Virus record (IMG/VR): IMGVR_UViG_3300045988_172893
Span: 1 to 41,532 of that record
DNA: 41,532 nt
Origin: a virus
Reading direction: 5' to 3' (one strand)
Part shown: one piece after another, positions 18,225-28,262 of the stretch
Layout of the letters: every line of letters begins with the position of its first letter
Position numbering within the stretch: position 1 is the stretch's first letter
Notes under the pieces: generated by a model
Databases searched by the model: none
Told to the model about the DNA's origin: nothing
Seen by the model: only the letters and a program-made list of their open reading frames with translations
Position numbers and translations under genes: made by a program

Positions 18225-18524
18225 TTACAACTCCTCGGGCGTTATGTAGAAGAGTTTATATTTATCCCCAAGCCCTTCTACGTTTGGATAATTTTCATCG
18301 TTTGCATTGTTTACGATTCTGAAATTACCAAATTTGGAATCCCAATGTTGAACAATGTTGGTATTGTTTGTGCACAAGATTCCAGCGACAATGTATTTGT
18401 CTCCACTTTTAACATCTGCCATAATGAAACCTTGCCAAGAAAACAAACGAATCGTATAAGAGTTTGTCTTGTATGTGAAGGGAACTGTTTGGTCGTATTC
18501 TTTTTGGATAGATATTTCAATCAT
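18225..18524 (-). CDS. Hypothetical tail protein (99 aa)
   Basis: Within the tail operon. Confidence 0.35.
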   Translation of the reverse strand: MIEISIQKEYDQTVPFTYKTNSYTIRLFSWQGFIMADVKSGDKYIVAGILCTNNTNIVQHWDSKFGNFRIVNNANDENYPNVEGLGDKYKLFYITPEEL

Positions 18525-19147
18525 TGGTTCTCTCCGTTTTTAGAAATCTTATAATCATGATAAAGGCACTGAATCTCCCTAAAGTGAATGGGATAGACTA
18601 ATCGGCTAAGCCTCTTGACCTCCAATGGCTGTTGAACGGATTTAACAACCATATTCCTGTAAGATTCAGCCTTTGTTATTATTCGTATCAAAGTCTTCTT
18701 CATATACAACTCATCTATTTCTTTCGCGACACTCGTATACAAGAATGAAGGTAGCACAAGCGCGACATCAAAAGTTTTTGGCAAAACGATAGAGTGGTCG
18801 GTAATGAATCTCTGCGCCGTTTTATTATCCTTTGAAATGTCCCATTCGAGGGGATGGTCAAATATTACACTATCCTTTTCGCCCCTTGCTGATAAAGGCT
18901 CTGCCTCAAGGATAAAGGCTGAAATACTATCGGCGACATCCCCAAGTCCCGATTTTCCACCAACAAGAACCTCCTTGTTTTTACCGCTAAAAATACCACC
19001 TAATACTGTATTTGTATCTATGCCAAACTTTTGCAGAGTAGAATTCGGAGGCTCGTAAAATTCTTCGAGGTAAAATGCAACGTTTTTCTGGTTTAGAATC
19101 AAACCAGACGCCGTTTTTAAAAGATTTATTACGTTTACTAAGGTCAT
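18521..19147 (-). CDS. Tail protein downstream of the tape measure (gpU / DNA-circulation-like position)
   Basis: ATGA coupling to the tape measure gene. Confidence 0.35.
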   Translation of the reverse strand: MTLVNVINLLKTASGLILNQKNVAFYLEEFYEPPNSTLQKFGIDTNTVLGGIFSGKNKEVLVGGKSGLGDVADSISAFILEAEPLSARGEKDSVIFDHPLEWDISKDNKTAQRFITDHSIVLPKTFDVALVLPSFLYTSVAKEIDELYMKKTLIRIITKAESYRNMVVKSVQQPLEVKRLSRLVYPIHFREIQCLYHDYKISKNGENQ

Positions 19148-20922
19148 TAGAATGCGCTTTCCGTTATATCTTGTGAACGTTTTATAATAATACTATCTGC
19201 GTATATCGCGGGGACATGAAGAGTTTTTTCTCCGTGTTCTCCAATAGACACCCCAGAGGATTGCGCGCTACTACCTGAAGCCCCTCTTGACAAATCTCGA
19301 GCGGCAAGTGCGGCGTCAACACCAACGGAAGCCGCAGTTCCATAAAGAGGAACTGTCGAAGCAAGCCCAGAAAGAGCCTCTCCTCCAGCACCCAGCCAAT
19401 CTCCTTCCATAGCGCGGTCTATAGCCAATCCAGCCCCAATAAAAGCCCCTGCGATAGGAATCTTTTTCAAAAGAGATTTACCTCCCATTTTGCCTGCAGT
19501 TTTAAGCAGAGAGCCGCCCCCTGCTTTTCCAGCAATTTTACCAAGGAATTTACCACCGCGCACGATTCCCTTTGCTCTATTGTAGAGAGCAGTCGCACCG
19601 ATTGCTCCGCCCAAAACTGGTGCAAGTGATTCAAGAGCTGCCGCAGGCGTTCCTCCCATAACTTCATTCAGCCAAGTAGAGCCAATATTGGTAAGGGCAT
19701 ACTGTGTTGCAATATCGCGAGACATAGCAGAGCCCCCAAGCTCTCTCGTTCGAGCATTAACACCTCCTACGCTTGCGCCTGTATCGAGTGCCATTCTCAA
19801 CTCTGCGTCGGTTAATCCGAGCTGTTGTGCCGCGTATATAGCCTCATTCATAGGCATCGTGCGAAGCTTGGAGATAATCTTGCGTTTTACGGCAAGAGGA
19901 TTATCGTAGGGAGATATTCCACCTATCCCAAATCTTCCAGCGGCTCGAATGAGGCTCATATCACCGTATCTAAGCCCTCCCAAAGCAGAAGACAGGCTTC
20001 GGATAGACGATACGCCTTCTCCGCGAGTTCCGCCATATCTTGCCAGCTCAACGTCATATTGTTGCGCAGCCTTTCCTCCCGCCAAATAGTCTGCAGCCTC
20101 AGCCCTAAGTGTATTGCTCGTTCTCGCGCTGAAAATCTTCATAGCGTTATACACAGCAGCGGGAGCTTTCAACACAGTAGCCGCGACTTGAGCAGACCTT
20201 CGGACAACTTCGTCCAATCGAATCTTAGCCTGTTTGTCTGCGAGTGCTTTTTGTTTTTCGGCAGCTCTTGCAAGTTTATCGGCGGCTTTATTTAGATTAT
20301 TTGTCGCGCGTTCTTGTTCTTTTTGTCTCTTTTGGGCAATGGCAACGGCGCGAGCCTGCCCTTTCTCCTTGTTAGCTTCCTTGCGCGCCACCCAATCCGC
20401 TCCTATAGCTTGCCTCTTTTCGTAGGCAGACAAGCTATCCGTTTTAAGGTATTCCTTATAAGTCTTCGCTTTTTCTGCGGTATTTTGGCGTTCGAGCCTA
20501 CCTTGAGAGCGCGCCAATTCCAAAGCATTTCGTTCTTGTCTTTCGCGTGCCACATACCATTCTCGAGTTTGCCTACGAGTCTTCGAGAACTCGTTATCGA
20601 GCTTAGCCTGTCTCTTTTTGTAATACAGAACTCTTTGTTCTGTATTCATTTGAGCGGTCAAAGTCTTTTCAGTGGTGCGGGCGTGCCTTTCCCCGAAGCG
20701 AACTTGCTCCTTATTCCATTGGTCTAAAGGCTTCTGCCGTTTCTTTCTTAGAGCCTCCGCCTTCTTCTCTTCGCGTTCTTTTCTGCGAATAGGTTCAAGC
20801 AACGCCGATATTGCGCTTTTGGTTTCAGCGTATGTAGCTTTCTGGATATTCTCAAGGGTCTTTTTGACTTTTTCAGCCCCCTTTACGTCCAGCCAAAACG
20901 TTAATCGGTCTAAAGTTGCCAT
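19147..20922 (-). CDS. Tail tape measure protein
   Basis: 591 aa. Long K/R/E/Q/A coiled-coil N-terminal half and Gly-rich hydrophobic repeats (GGKSLLKKIPIAGAFIGAGLA) in the C-terminal half. Confidence 0.7.
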   Translation of the reverse strand: MATLDRLTFWLDVKGAEKVKKTLENIQKATYAETKSAISALLEPIRRKEREEKKAEALRKKRQKPLDQWNKEQVRFGERHARTTEKTLTAQMNTEQRVLYYKKRQAKLDNEFSKTRRQTREWYVARERQERNALELARSQGRLERQNTAEKAKTYKEYLKTDSLSAYEKRQAIGADWVARKEANKEKGQARAVAIAQKRQKEQERATNNLNKAADKLARAAEKQKALADKQAKIRLDEVVRRSAQVAATVLKAPAAVYNAMKIFSARTSNTLRAEAADYLAGGKAAQQYDVELARYGGTRGEGVSSIRSLSSALGGLRYGDMSLIRAAGRFGIGGISPYDNPLAVKRKIISKLRTMPMNEAIYAAQQLGLTDAELRMALDTGASVGGVNARTRELGGSAMSRDIATQYALTNIGSTWLNEVMGGTPAAALESLAPVLGGAIGATALYNRAKGIVRGGKFLGKIAGKAGGGSLLKTAGKMGGKSLLKKIPIAGAFIGAGLAIDRAMEGDWLGAGGEALSGLASTVPLYGTAASVGVDAALAARDLSRGASGSSAQSSGVSIGEHGEKTLHVPAIYADSIIIKRSQDITESAF

Positions 20923-21044
20923 TATCTATTCCTATTCGCCTCTATTTGCTGCGCAATATCGCTTCTTCTGCGATTTAAGCAAGCTAAAAGTTTGCAAAGG
21001 TCGTTGAAAGAGTAGTATTCCTCTATCTCTCTCAACGTTGCCAT
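20922..21044 (-). CDS. 40-aa ORF in the -1 frame relative to the chaperone, ending TAATG on the tape measure start; candidate 'T' extension of a G/GT frameshift product
   Basis: Hand translation: this frame stays open for >=90 codons upstream inside the chaperone gene. Confidence 0.3.
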   Translation of the reverse strand: MATLREIEEYYSFNDLCKLLACLNRRRSDIAQQIEANRNR

Positions 21045-21064
21045 TTTCTCGTAAATTATTATGT

Positions 21065-21580
21065 CTATGATTGGGTCGAAGAATCTTCCGACGTACTCAT
21101 AGAACTCTCTTGTGTGTCCTCCGATTTCTCCGACGGCAGAACGGATTTGTCTAACATAGACACTATATCTGTCCCCGACAGCTCGGCTATTGATTGAAGG
21201 ACTATGTTCGTAAGGATATTTCGGGCAAGTTCCCCAAGGGTCGTGCCGATTTGGGTCAGCTTGCCACTCGAAAAAAAATCCGTGGAAAAGTCAATAACCT
21301 CCTTTTCAAGCTCAAGAACTCCCTTTGCCGATACATTCTGATTGATTGATTCTTCTGTATCGAGACGTATCCACCAATCGGGATTTTTATCTGGTTCGGG
21401 TTGAACCTCAACATACTTCATAAGAAGCTTGAAAAGACGCTCATTCTCTCCGTAGTTTCCTATCTTAGGGAGGAGCGTGGTCGGGTAATTGAACATTACA
21501 TCTCGTGCTACCATCAAAGGTAGCTCCGAGATTCTGTAATTTCGTCCGTCTATCTGAACAATTTTTGTCTTTGTCGCCAT
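21065..21580 (-). CDS. Tail assembly chaperone (gpG-like)
   Basis: 171-aa acidic protein between the tube and the tape measure. Confidence 0.4.
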   Translation of the reverse strand: MATKTKIVQIDGRNYRISELPLMVARDVMFNYPTTLLPKIGNYGENERLFKLLMKYVEVQPEPDKNPDWWIRLDTEESINQNVSAKGVLELEKEVIDFSTDFFSSGKLTQIGTTLGELARNILTNIVLQSIAELSGTDIVSMLDKSVLPSEKSEDTQESSMSTSEDSSTQS

Positions 21581-21622
21581 AACAATTACTGTCTTACGAT
21601 AGATGTTTATTCTAAGTCAAGC

Positions 21623-22057
21623 TTAGAATACTCGCGTAACGCCCTCGAACACATACTGTTTGTTCGAGAATCTCCCGTTAGATTCCGCCGTGTTTGCAGG
21701 AGACCCCGACACAAGCGTAAAGTCGCCGTAGATTTCGGGGGTACCCTTCCCAGTTTCGGTAATGGAAATCTGAACAGAGTCGATGTTGGCAGCCATACTT
21801 TGGGGGCGATTGTACCAGAACATTTTCTGCATATCCTTATCGTCCTCCGAGTTCGGGATAAGACTTACGGTAATGCGAAGTTTATTCGGGAGTGCCCAAG
21901 AAATCTTATGGCAATTCAAACCAACTTCGACCTGCGCAATGTCAACTGCGTCGATTGTAAAAAACGAATCGCTGTCGGGCGCGTTTGTAAATGTCTTGCC
22001 TGCAGGAAGCGCGGCAGACATAACAGTTATCTTAGAACCTATTGCGGTAATATCCAT
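21623..22057 (-). CDS. Tail tube protein
   Basis: 144 aa, immediately downstream of the sheath gene. Confidence 0.5.
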   Translation of the reverse strand: MDITAIGSKITVMSAALPAGKTFTNAPDSDSFFTIDAVDIAQVEVGLNCHKISWALPNKLRITVSLIPNSEDDKDMQKMFWYNRPQSMAANIDSVQISITETGKGTPEIYGDFTLVSGSPANTAESNGRFSNKQYVFEGVTRVF

Positions 22058-22083
22058 AACTTAATATCTCCTTGTGTTAAAGT

Positions 22084-23640
22084 TTAGCTTCCCTTGAGCG
22101 AAGACAGCGCGATATTCAAACCTTCCACCTTTGCGATTGTATCGCACGCTGCGTAGATGAGGCGATAGTTGAAGTATTTCTTGCCAGTCTCACTGTCGGT
22201 TTTGATGGAATAATTAAATATGAAGCCTTGCGACTCAATCGTAAGATATGCTTTGTTGTCCCCCGTAAGAGCTTCAATAGCTGCCTTTTCTCCGTCGGAC
22301 AAAATCTTGCCGAGCTGGATTACGCCATTCTTAATGCCGAGTTCCCAGATGTTATTGCAAATCATCGCAATCTTGGAGGAGTCGGCGGCGTTTGCGTAAA
22401 TGGCGTCGTTCAGCAAGAAGGCTTCCATAACCTTGGTTATGATTCTATCCTTCAGCCAAATCGAACCAACATACACAGTTGCCGAGGAGGTAGCACCTTG
22501 ACAAGCATTACCGCTCAAGAATTTGAGATTCTTACCAGTTTCAACCAAGAAATTAACGCGAGCAGAAGTAAGTTGCTCGTAATTCTTGTCATTGTCAACT
22601 ACTGCGGTGTCGTCAGGGAACTTCTGGAATTCGTAGTTAATCAACGAATGGTCAAGTTCCAAGTCCATACAGGCGGTCGCCGCCATCGGCTGATAGTACT
22701 GATTTTCATTGAGATTATCGAACTGAATCCAAGTTCCGTCGTAGGGAGAAAGAGTTCCCTTGAAGTCGCCAGTTCCGCCCCAAGTAATCGCGTCGTTTAT
22801 AGAACCAACAGGAACAATGAACATAAAGTCGGAATTTCTATCTTCATTCCATTTTGCGACTTCTTCATACTGTTCGATTGTGAGTGTTTCTACAAACGCG
22901 AACGTGTAGCACGAATCATTGGCGTTCATAATGCGTTCACATTCTTCCGAGAGGCTATTTGTTCCAGCGTTGCCATCGGATAGAAGCACATTGCTCGCCA
23001 AATCCCAACCAAGCAAACCTGCCAATGTACCTCCGTTGCTCGAAACCGCGCTAAACGAACCCATACCAGAGGGGAGCGAAAGAACGAATCTCTGAGAAAG
23101 ATTTCCAGAAGAGGAATATTCAACAGTTGCTGCCTCGAAGGGTTTATTGGAAGGTGCTCCAATTTGAATAGCTTTTACGGCTGTTTCAATCTTTGTCGCA
23201 ACATCACTTAGCGTGCTTGCTTCGCTTAGGTTTATAGCCGTCGTAGTACCAGTCATGATACCCTGATTCGGGTCTTTGTAGGTAATCGTAAGAGTACCGT
23301 CGGTTATAAGCTTGAAGCCATCGACACTCTCCGAGATTCTTTCTCCCGAGATGATTTGCGCGCCAACCGCAGAGGTAGTGTATCTCGAGAAGGTGAGCTT
23401 CTTCGGAGAAGTATAAGACTTGCTAATAAATCCGAAGTATTTGTTTGCGAGGGCATATTCTTTGCTGTTTACGCCGAAGTGCGCCCCTACTTTCGTGGCG
23501 TCGGTAAACGCCATAACCTTACCCATCGGGGCAAGCGTGTTCGCCGTAAGGAATCGCCCGATAGGTTCTTTATAAGAAACCTCTTGCGCTCCTGCCGTCC
23601 TACTGGTGATGTCCACCCAATATTTGATTTTGACTGCCAT
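22084..23640 (-). CDS. Contractile tail sheath protein
   Basis: 518 aa, first gene of the tail module upstream of the tube. Confidence 0.55.
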   Translation of the reverse strand: MAVKIKYWVDITSRTAGAQEVSYKEPIGRFLTANTLAPMGKVMAFTDATKVGAHFGVNSKEYALANKYFGFISKSYTSPKKLTFSRYTTSAVGAQIISGERISESVDGFKLITDGTLTITYKDPNQGIMTGTTTAINLSEASTLSDVATKIETAVKAIQIGAPSNKPFEAATVEYSSSGNLSQRFVLSLPSGMGSFSAVSSNGGTLAGLLGWDLASNVLLSDGNAGTNSLSEECERIMNANDSCYTFAFVETLTIEQYEEVAKWNEDRNSDFMFIVPVGSINDAITWGGTGDFKGTLSPYDGTWIQFDNLNENQYYQPMAATACMDLELDHSLINYEFQKFPDDTAVVDNDKNYEQLTSARVNFLVETGKNLKFLSGNACQGATSSATVYVGSIWLKDRIITKVMEAFLLNDAIYANAADSSKIAMICNNIWELGIKNGVIQLGKILSDGEKAAIEALTGDNKAYLTIESQGFIFNYSIKTDSETGKKYFNYRLIYAACDTIAKVEGLNIALSSLKGS

Positions 23641-23673
23641 TGTTGTTTCCTTTAGTTTAGATTTGTGAAATTT

Positions 23674-24387
23674 CTACACTCCTATTACTTTAAAATCGTA
23701 ATCTTTTACGAAGTCCACGTCCGAATAAGTCGTTTCCTTTACGACTAAAGTTAACGTAAATCTCGGAGTTCTAGCGTACACCTCATCATCTGTTTCGATT
23801 GTGGGATTCTCCATTTCTGACGAATCTATTATCCCATATCCAAACTCTCGAAGCGAAGATATGCCTAAATCGCTCAAAAACCACGTTCTAACGCGTTGCG
23901 CCACGTCTATGGGTGATATGTATACCCCTGACTCATAATCGTGCGTTTTAGGGGATATTTCTACATTTAAAGCGGAAGACGATACATTCTTAGTAATCCA
24001 TACCGAGCTGTTGTTCATTCTAAGTGTACCATTCTTATCAATCGCCACATTAGAATCTTCGATTGGTGTTTCGGGGATAAGACTTCCTTCAATTAAATCG
24101 TGCGGATTTCTAAAAAACAAGAAGTCCACAAAAATCTGCCTATAATAGCTTATCTCAGACTTGCCCTTCTGAGTTCCCTTATCCCACTTATATTTATTAG
24201 ATTCCCACCCATACTTCGCGCCATCGTTGTAATCTATCATCACAGATGGCGACGGAACTTCTTGCTGGGTGCATTGTCCATATTGAAGGACGTTTTTAGC
24301 CCAATCCTCCAAATTTTGCGATTTCAGAACTTGCGCGGTCAACCCGCAAAGCTCGCGATAAATCTGTTGTTCAAGCTTTATACTCAT
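23674..24387 (-). CDS. Neck / tail-completion protein candidate
   Basis: Position between head-completion genes and the sheath. Confidence 0.3.
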   Translation of the reverse strand: MSIKLEQQIYRELCGLTAQVLKSQNLEDWAKNVLQYGQCTQQEVPSPSVMIDYNDGAKYGWESNKYKWDKGTQKGKSEISYYRQIFVDFLFFRNPHDLIEGSLIPETPIEDSNVAIDKNGTLRMNNSSVWITKNVSSSALNVEISPKTHDYESGVYISPIDVAQRVRTWFLSDLGISSLREFGYGIIDSSEMENPTIETDDEVYARTPRFTLTLVVKETTYSDVDFVKDYDFKVIGV

Positions 24388-24752
24388 CGCGTCTTATCCC
24401 CCACAACAATAAGTTCGTTCCAACCATCGTACGAGTGCCACGGCGTGTTTCCTACCGAACGCCAAGTATTCCCATCAAATTCAAATATGTCAGGGGAAAG
24501 TTGTTTTTCGAGCGAGACTGCCGAGGTAGGTACAAAAACACGCCTATATTCCCGTTGAAAGTCTAAACCAAGCATTTGATATATCCGCGTAGGGACAGGT
24601 TGGATAGATGCGTTAGAGATTACCACAGGTTCGTCATAATTCGGCAGTAGCATTCCGTTAGGAGCGCGTTTATTTCCCAGAAACTTCTTGTAAACAAGTG
24701 AAGATGGGGGAACTGCCGACAGAGCCTTAAGCAAAAGGTTTCCTAAACTCAT
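24384..24752 (-). CDS. Head-tail joining protein candidate (122 aa)
   Basis: Overlapping, coupled genes in the neck module. Confidence 0.3.
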   Translation of the reverse strand: MSLGNLLLKALSAVPPSSLVYKKFLGNKRAPNGMLLPNYDEPVVISNASIQPVPTRIYQMLGLDFQREYRRVFVPTSAVSLEKQLSPDIFEFDGNTWRSVGNTPWHSYDGWNELIVVGDKTR

Positions 24753-25318
24753 TTAGCCCCCTTTCTGGCTCTCTGACCAAGCTTGCTCACCTTGTATTCT
24801 ACAGAATCATACATTTCTCCCGTATCTATGAGAGCTTTTCTGCTATTATTCCCTCTTTTTTTACGAATCGGGATAGTAGATTTGGTAGAAAGCGGAGGTT
24901 TGTGAACGCCTCTTATCTTCTTTCGGATTTCCTCGACCAGCATTTCCCCGACTTCATTGAACGCGCGGTCTATACCGCCAATTCTTCGCGTTTCAAATGC
25001 TTCGGATATTGCCTCCTTTATAAGCTTATGAGCCTTATCTTTTTTTGCGTCCAATGCTCTACGCATAAAAGGACGCTTCGGTACTGCTTTACCGCGAATG
25101 AAACCATTGCTAACACCGCCCTTTTCCATTAGATAGGCTTTGGCAGCATTTTTCTTATCAAAAAATCCGACTTCTATACTCGTATCTGAGATGTGTTTAA
25201 GCACTCTATCAAGCAACTGCGTCCCCCCTTTGGAATAGGAGGACACGCGAACCTTTACGGCGGATTTTCCGTCATTGAAAGGAACGCTATCTTTGTATGT
25301 GCTGAGTAGTACTGCCAT
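24749..25318 (-). CDS. Virion morphogenesis / neck protein candidate (189 aa, basic)
   Basis: Position in the neck module. Confidence 0.3.
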   Translation of the reverse strand: MAVLLSTYKDSVPFNDGKSAVKVRVSSYSKGGTQLLDRVLKHISDTSIEVGFFDKKNAAKAYLMEKGGVSNGFIRGKAVPKRPFMRRALDAKKDKAHKLIKEAISEAFETRRIGGIDRAFNEVGEMLVEEIRKKIRGVHKPPLSTKSTIPIRKKRGNNSRKALIDTGEMYDSVEYKVSKLGQRARKGAK

Positions 25319-25319
25319 T

Positions 25320-25778
25320 TTAGTGTGTCCAGAAAAGTCTATTGCGTGTTCCGCCTACATATCGAGGCGTAGCCGCATGTGCCATAAGTAAGTTGTAGAG
25401 TAATTGCCCGTAATAGGTTGAGTTTATCCAAGACTGGTAGAGAGACGCAATGTTGGGCATTGCAAGCGAAACCTCCACATCTCCAACCTTAGACTTTTGT
25501 GTTAATCCGAAGCTCATAGATACACCCCCAACCATCGGAACGCCTCCATTTCTTTGAATTTGAGTCCAGATTACCATTAGATGAGCTGCCATAAGCATAA
25601 GGACTTGTGCGCGACAATCCTCTCTTACGCACCCACAGTTTAAATTCGAGATATAGCAGTAGGACAGATTGATGAATCTCTTAACAACAGCGTCCGTATA
25701 TGGCGGATTCACAAATTCAGGATAGCTTTCCCTGAACTCCTCTACTGTTATTTCAATTGGATTCTCATCTCTGTCCAT
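25320..25778 (-). CDS. Head-tail connector (gp6-like / Phage_connect_1-like)
   Basis: ...QVLMLMAAHLM... motif and an N-terminal EEFRESYPEF, typical of gp6-like adaptor proteins. Confidence 0.4.
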   Translation of the reverse strand: MDRDENPIEITVEEFRESYPEFVNPPYTDAVVKRFINLSYCYISNLNCGCVREDCRAQVLMLMAAHLMVIWTQIQRNGGVPMVGGVSMSFGLTQKSKVGDVEVSLAMPNIASLYQSWINSTYYGQLLYNLLMAHAATPRYVGGTRNRLFWTH

Positions 25779-25798
25779 ACTGCTTCTCGATTATAGAA

Positions 25799-26263
25799 TT
25801 ACTTCTTGGAAGGTCTGCCTTTGCGCGCCTTCTTTGAAGAAACTGTTATGTTTTCTCTTTGTTCCTCTTCTTCAGGAATTTCAACGACAAATTCTCCGTT
25901 TTTATTCGCAACCTTTACGTTGGGATTTTCAATGTCAGCAGGAGTGCGCTGTGCCGAAGCGTCTTTTTCGGTCATATTCTCAATGACCTTATCTTGATTG
26001 TCCTTCAAAGAGGCTACTACGATTCCGCCTTCTTTTTCAAAGGCACAAAATACTGAATTTTCCCTCAATATTGCAAGTTCCTCGTCCGAAACAAGCGTAC
26101 CGTATCCAGAAGGTACGATAACGCCGTCCCAAACATTAGCTCCCCCGCCAATCAGGACTTTTCGCACAGGGGTCTTGTTCCCCTGCGCGTCAGTCTCATA
26201 AACCGTAAACCCTACGGGTGCGGAAAGAGTGGAAACTATTTTGTGTGTCTTTACTTTTGCCAT
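25799..26263 (-). CDS. Hypothetical virion protein (154 aa) with a basic C-terminus
   Basis: Lies between the capsid and connector genes. Confidence 0.3.
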   Translation of the reverse strand: MAKVKTHKIVSTLSAPVGFTVYETDAQGNKTPVRKVLIGGGANVWDGVIVPSGYGTLVSDEELAILRENSVFCAFEKEGGIVVASLKDNQDKVIENMTEKDASAQRTPADIENPNVKVANKNGEFVVEIPEEEEQRENITVSSKKARKGRPSKK

Positions 26264-26294
26264 AATATGTCGCCTTTTATGTTAATTGTTTAGA

Positions 26295-27413
26295 TTACAC
26301 ACCAACGTAGCGAACCGCGCCAACCCCATATCCAAAGAATGCGCCAGCCGTAGCGTTGGAGTAAGTTTCTTTGATGTAGGTATCGCGGCGTTCGAAGCCA
26401 ACGAGGAACATCTTCTGCTGAATGAACTGGTCTGCGTTCTTTTCGCCGTCAACTTCGTCCACGAAGATAAGAACAACGTTCTGACCTCCAAGAGCCTTGT
26501 CGAACTGCGGAGCGTAGATGATTCTCGCGCGGGGATAAGCCTTCTTGAACCAAGCTTCAACCGAACCGTCGAATCCATACGAGTTGTACTGCGGAACAGC
26601 GGTCATAGCCTGAGAAGCGGCCATCGGAAGAACCATTGTGAACGAGTCGTCTCTCGAGCTGAACAGACCAGCCATCTTGACTTCGAGGTCTTTGAGCATC
26701 GTACGAATGTCGTTTGCGATTTCGCCGTACGCCTTCGACGCCCAGTCCGTCTTGCCCTTGTCGTTCGCGGGAAGCGTGCCGTAAGCAGGGAGGCGCGGGT
26801 CATTGAGGATACCGTAGTTCGCCTGATTGCCTACGAGGAAGCCGTTGAAGGCAACTTGGTTTCTCTGGATTTCAAGAGCATTTGCCGTCGCGACCATCTT
26901 GCGTTCCTTAGCCGACATACGCATACGGGAAATCTGCATTTCTTCGAGCGTGCCAACCGATACCGTCGAGAGGAAGCGAACTACCGCTCTCTTGTTGAAG
27001 TTGACATTGAAGTTGCTGTTTTCGCCGTTTACATAGTCGCCGTAGAGAGCAGCCTGACCAGTCGTTTCGACTTCAGGAACGACAACTTCAGCGTCTTCCC
27101 AAGAGCCAGCGTTCGTTACGCCAAGGATTTCGTCTGCCGCACGTTTCGCGTATACCGTCTTAATAACCTTCGGCGACCACCACTGCAAGAACTGCACAGG
27201 AGTACCAACCGAGGGAACGGTCTGAAGCGCGGGAGCTTCGTCGAAGCCGTAGGCGTCTTTGTACATCGAGATTTCGCGAACTGCGTTCTTCGACATACCA
27301 AAGCCAAGTGCTTCAAATACGCCAGCGTCCGCTTCGTCGTATGTTTCTTTGTAGGGCGACTTGATTTCAGCACCAGCCGCGATTCGGAGTTTTTCAACCA
27401 GATTTGTTTGCAT
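26295..27413 (-). CDS. Major capsid protein (lambda gpE / DUF2184-like)
   Basis: 372 aa. Gene order portal -> scaffold-like -> decoration-like -> this protein is lambda-like. Confidence 0.6.
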   Translation of the reverse strand: MQTNLVEKLRIAAGAEIKSPYKETYDEADAGVFEALGFGMSKNAVREISMYKDAYGFDEAPALQTVPSVGTPVQFLQWWSPKVIKTVYAKRAADEILGVTNAGSWEDAEVVVPEVETTGQAALYGDYVNGENSNFNVNFNKRAVVRFLSTVSVGTLEEMQISRMRMSAKERKMVATANALEIQRNQVAFNGFLVGNQANYGILNDPRLPAYGTLPANDKGKTDWASKAYGEIANDIRTMLKDLEVKMAGLFSSRDDSFTMVLPMAASQAMTAVPQYNSYGFDGSVEAWFKKAYPRARIIYAPQFDKALGGQNVVLIFVDEVDGEKNADQFIQQKMFLVGFERRDTYIKETYSNATAGAFFGYGVGAVRYVGV

Positions 27414-27436
27414 AATTGTTTATCCTCTCTTCCTTA

Positions 27437-28237
27437 TTAGACCTGCGGAATGATTCCGATTTGGACAACCGACCCCGCCGCGCCACCAGTGATAACCTGC
27501 GCACCAGCAATTTGAGTTTGACCGCCAGCTGCCTCACCCGCGCCGAGTGCGCCAGTAGCTTGTACAAAGTATACCTTGTCGCCAACCGACGAAGCGTTCG
27601 AGAGGACAACATTGAGGTAGCCGCTCTTAGCGAGGATACCCTGCGTGCCATCGGGGAGCTTCAACGTTGCTTCGAGATGATTATAAACCGCGTAGTTGTG
27701 GGGATTCGTGAGAATTCCAACAAACTTGCCAGCGCCACCCATTTTCGCCTGACCATCAACGTCGAGCGTGAAAGCGTTGCCAACAGTTGCGTTATCCGCA
27801 AAAATCGTGTCTACACCACCAGAGAAGTTAGTAGCAGCGATGTTCGCAGTAGACGACACAACTGCCATACCGTTAGCCGCCGTACCGCCTTCGCGAGCCG
27901 TAAGCGTAACAACCTTAGCCGAAGCGTTAGCCGAGGCAAACGGGCTGGTTGCGTTGATAGCCGCCGCGAGAGAAGTTGCGGTATTTGTTTCTGCCGCACC
28001 GATGAGAACTACAAACGGATTTTCCGAAGCAGTCGCCGAGAAGGTGTATTCCGCACCATTGATGGTTACGGTGTCGCCTTCTGCCGCGTTAGCCGAGAAC
28101 GTGAGGGTAGCCGTAGCCTTAACAGCCGCCGTCTGGTTCGAGCCTTTGATTACATACCCAACAGCCGACTTGAGGGCGTCGTTTACCCACGAGCCAACAA
28201 TGCCGAGTGCCTGTGTGATATTTACTTTAGTTTGCAT
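27437..28237 (-). CDS. Ala/Gly/Thr-rich head decoration-like protein
   Basis: Low-complexity beta-rich 266-aa protein immediately upstream of the capsid gene. Confidence 0.4.
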   Translation of the reverse strand: MQTKVNITQALGIVGSWVNDALKSAVGYVIKGSNQTAAVKATATLTFSANAAEGDTVTINGAEYTFSATASENPFVVLIGAAETNTATSLAAAINATSPFASANASAKVVTLTAREGGTAANGMAVVSSTANIAATNFSGGVDTIFADNATVGNAFTLDVDGQAKMGGAGKFVGILTNPHNYAVYNHLEATLKLPDGTQGILAKSGYLNVVLSNASSVGDKVYFVQATGALGAGEAAGGQTQIAGAQVITGGAAGSVVQIGIIPQV

Positions 28238-28262
28238 TGTGTGTTTCCTTTGTTAATTTGTT

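Noticed and set aside
19688-20727. (+)-strand ORFs (19825..20295, 20314..20727, 20672..21007) antisense to the tape measure gene
   Set aside because: Ser/Leu/Phe/Arg-rich shadows of the coiled-coil tape measure gene (A/K/E/R codons read backwards). No RBS.
26286-27440. 384-aa (+)-strand ORF antisense to the major capsid gene
   Set aside because: Arg/Val/Ser-rich nonsense composition typical of an antisense frame in a GC-rich gene, with no RBS. The (-)-strand capsid ORF fits a complete, ordered head module.
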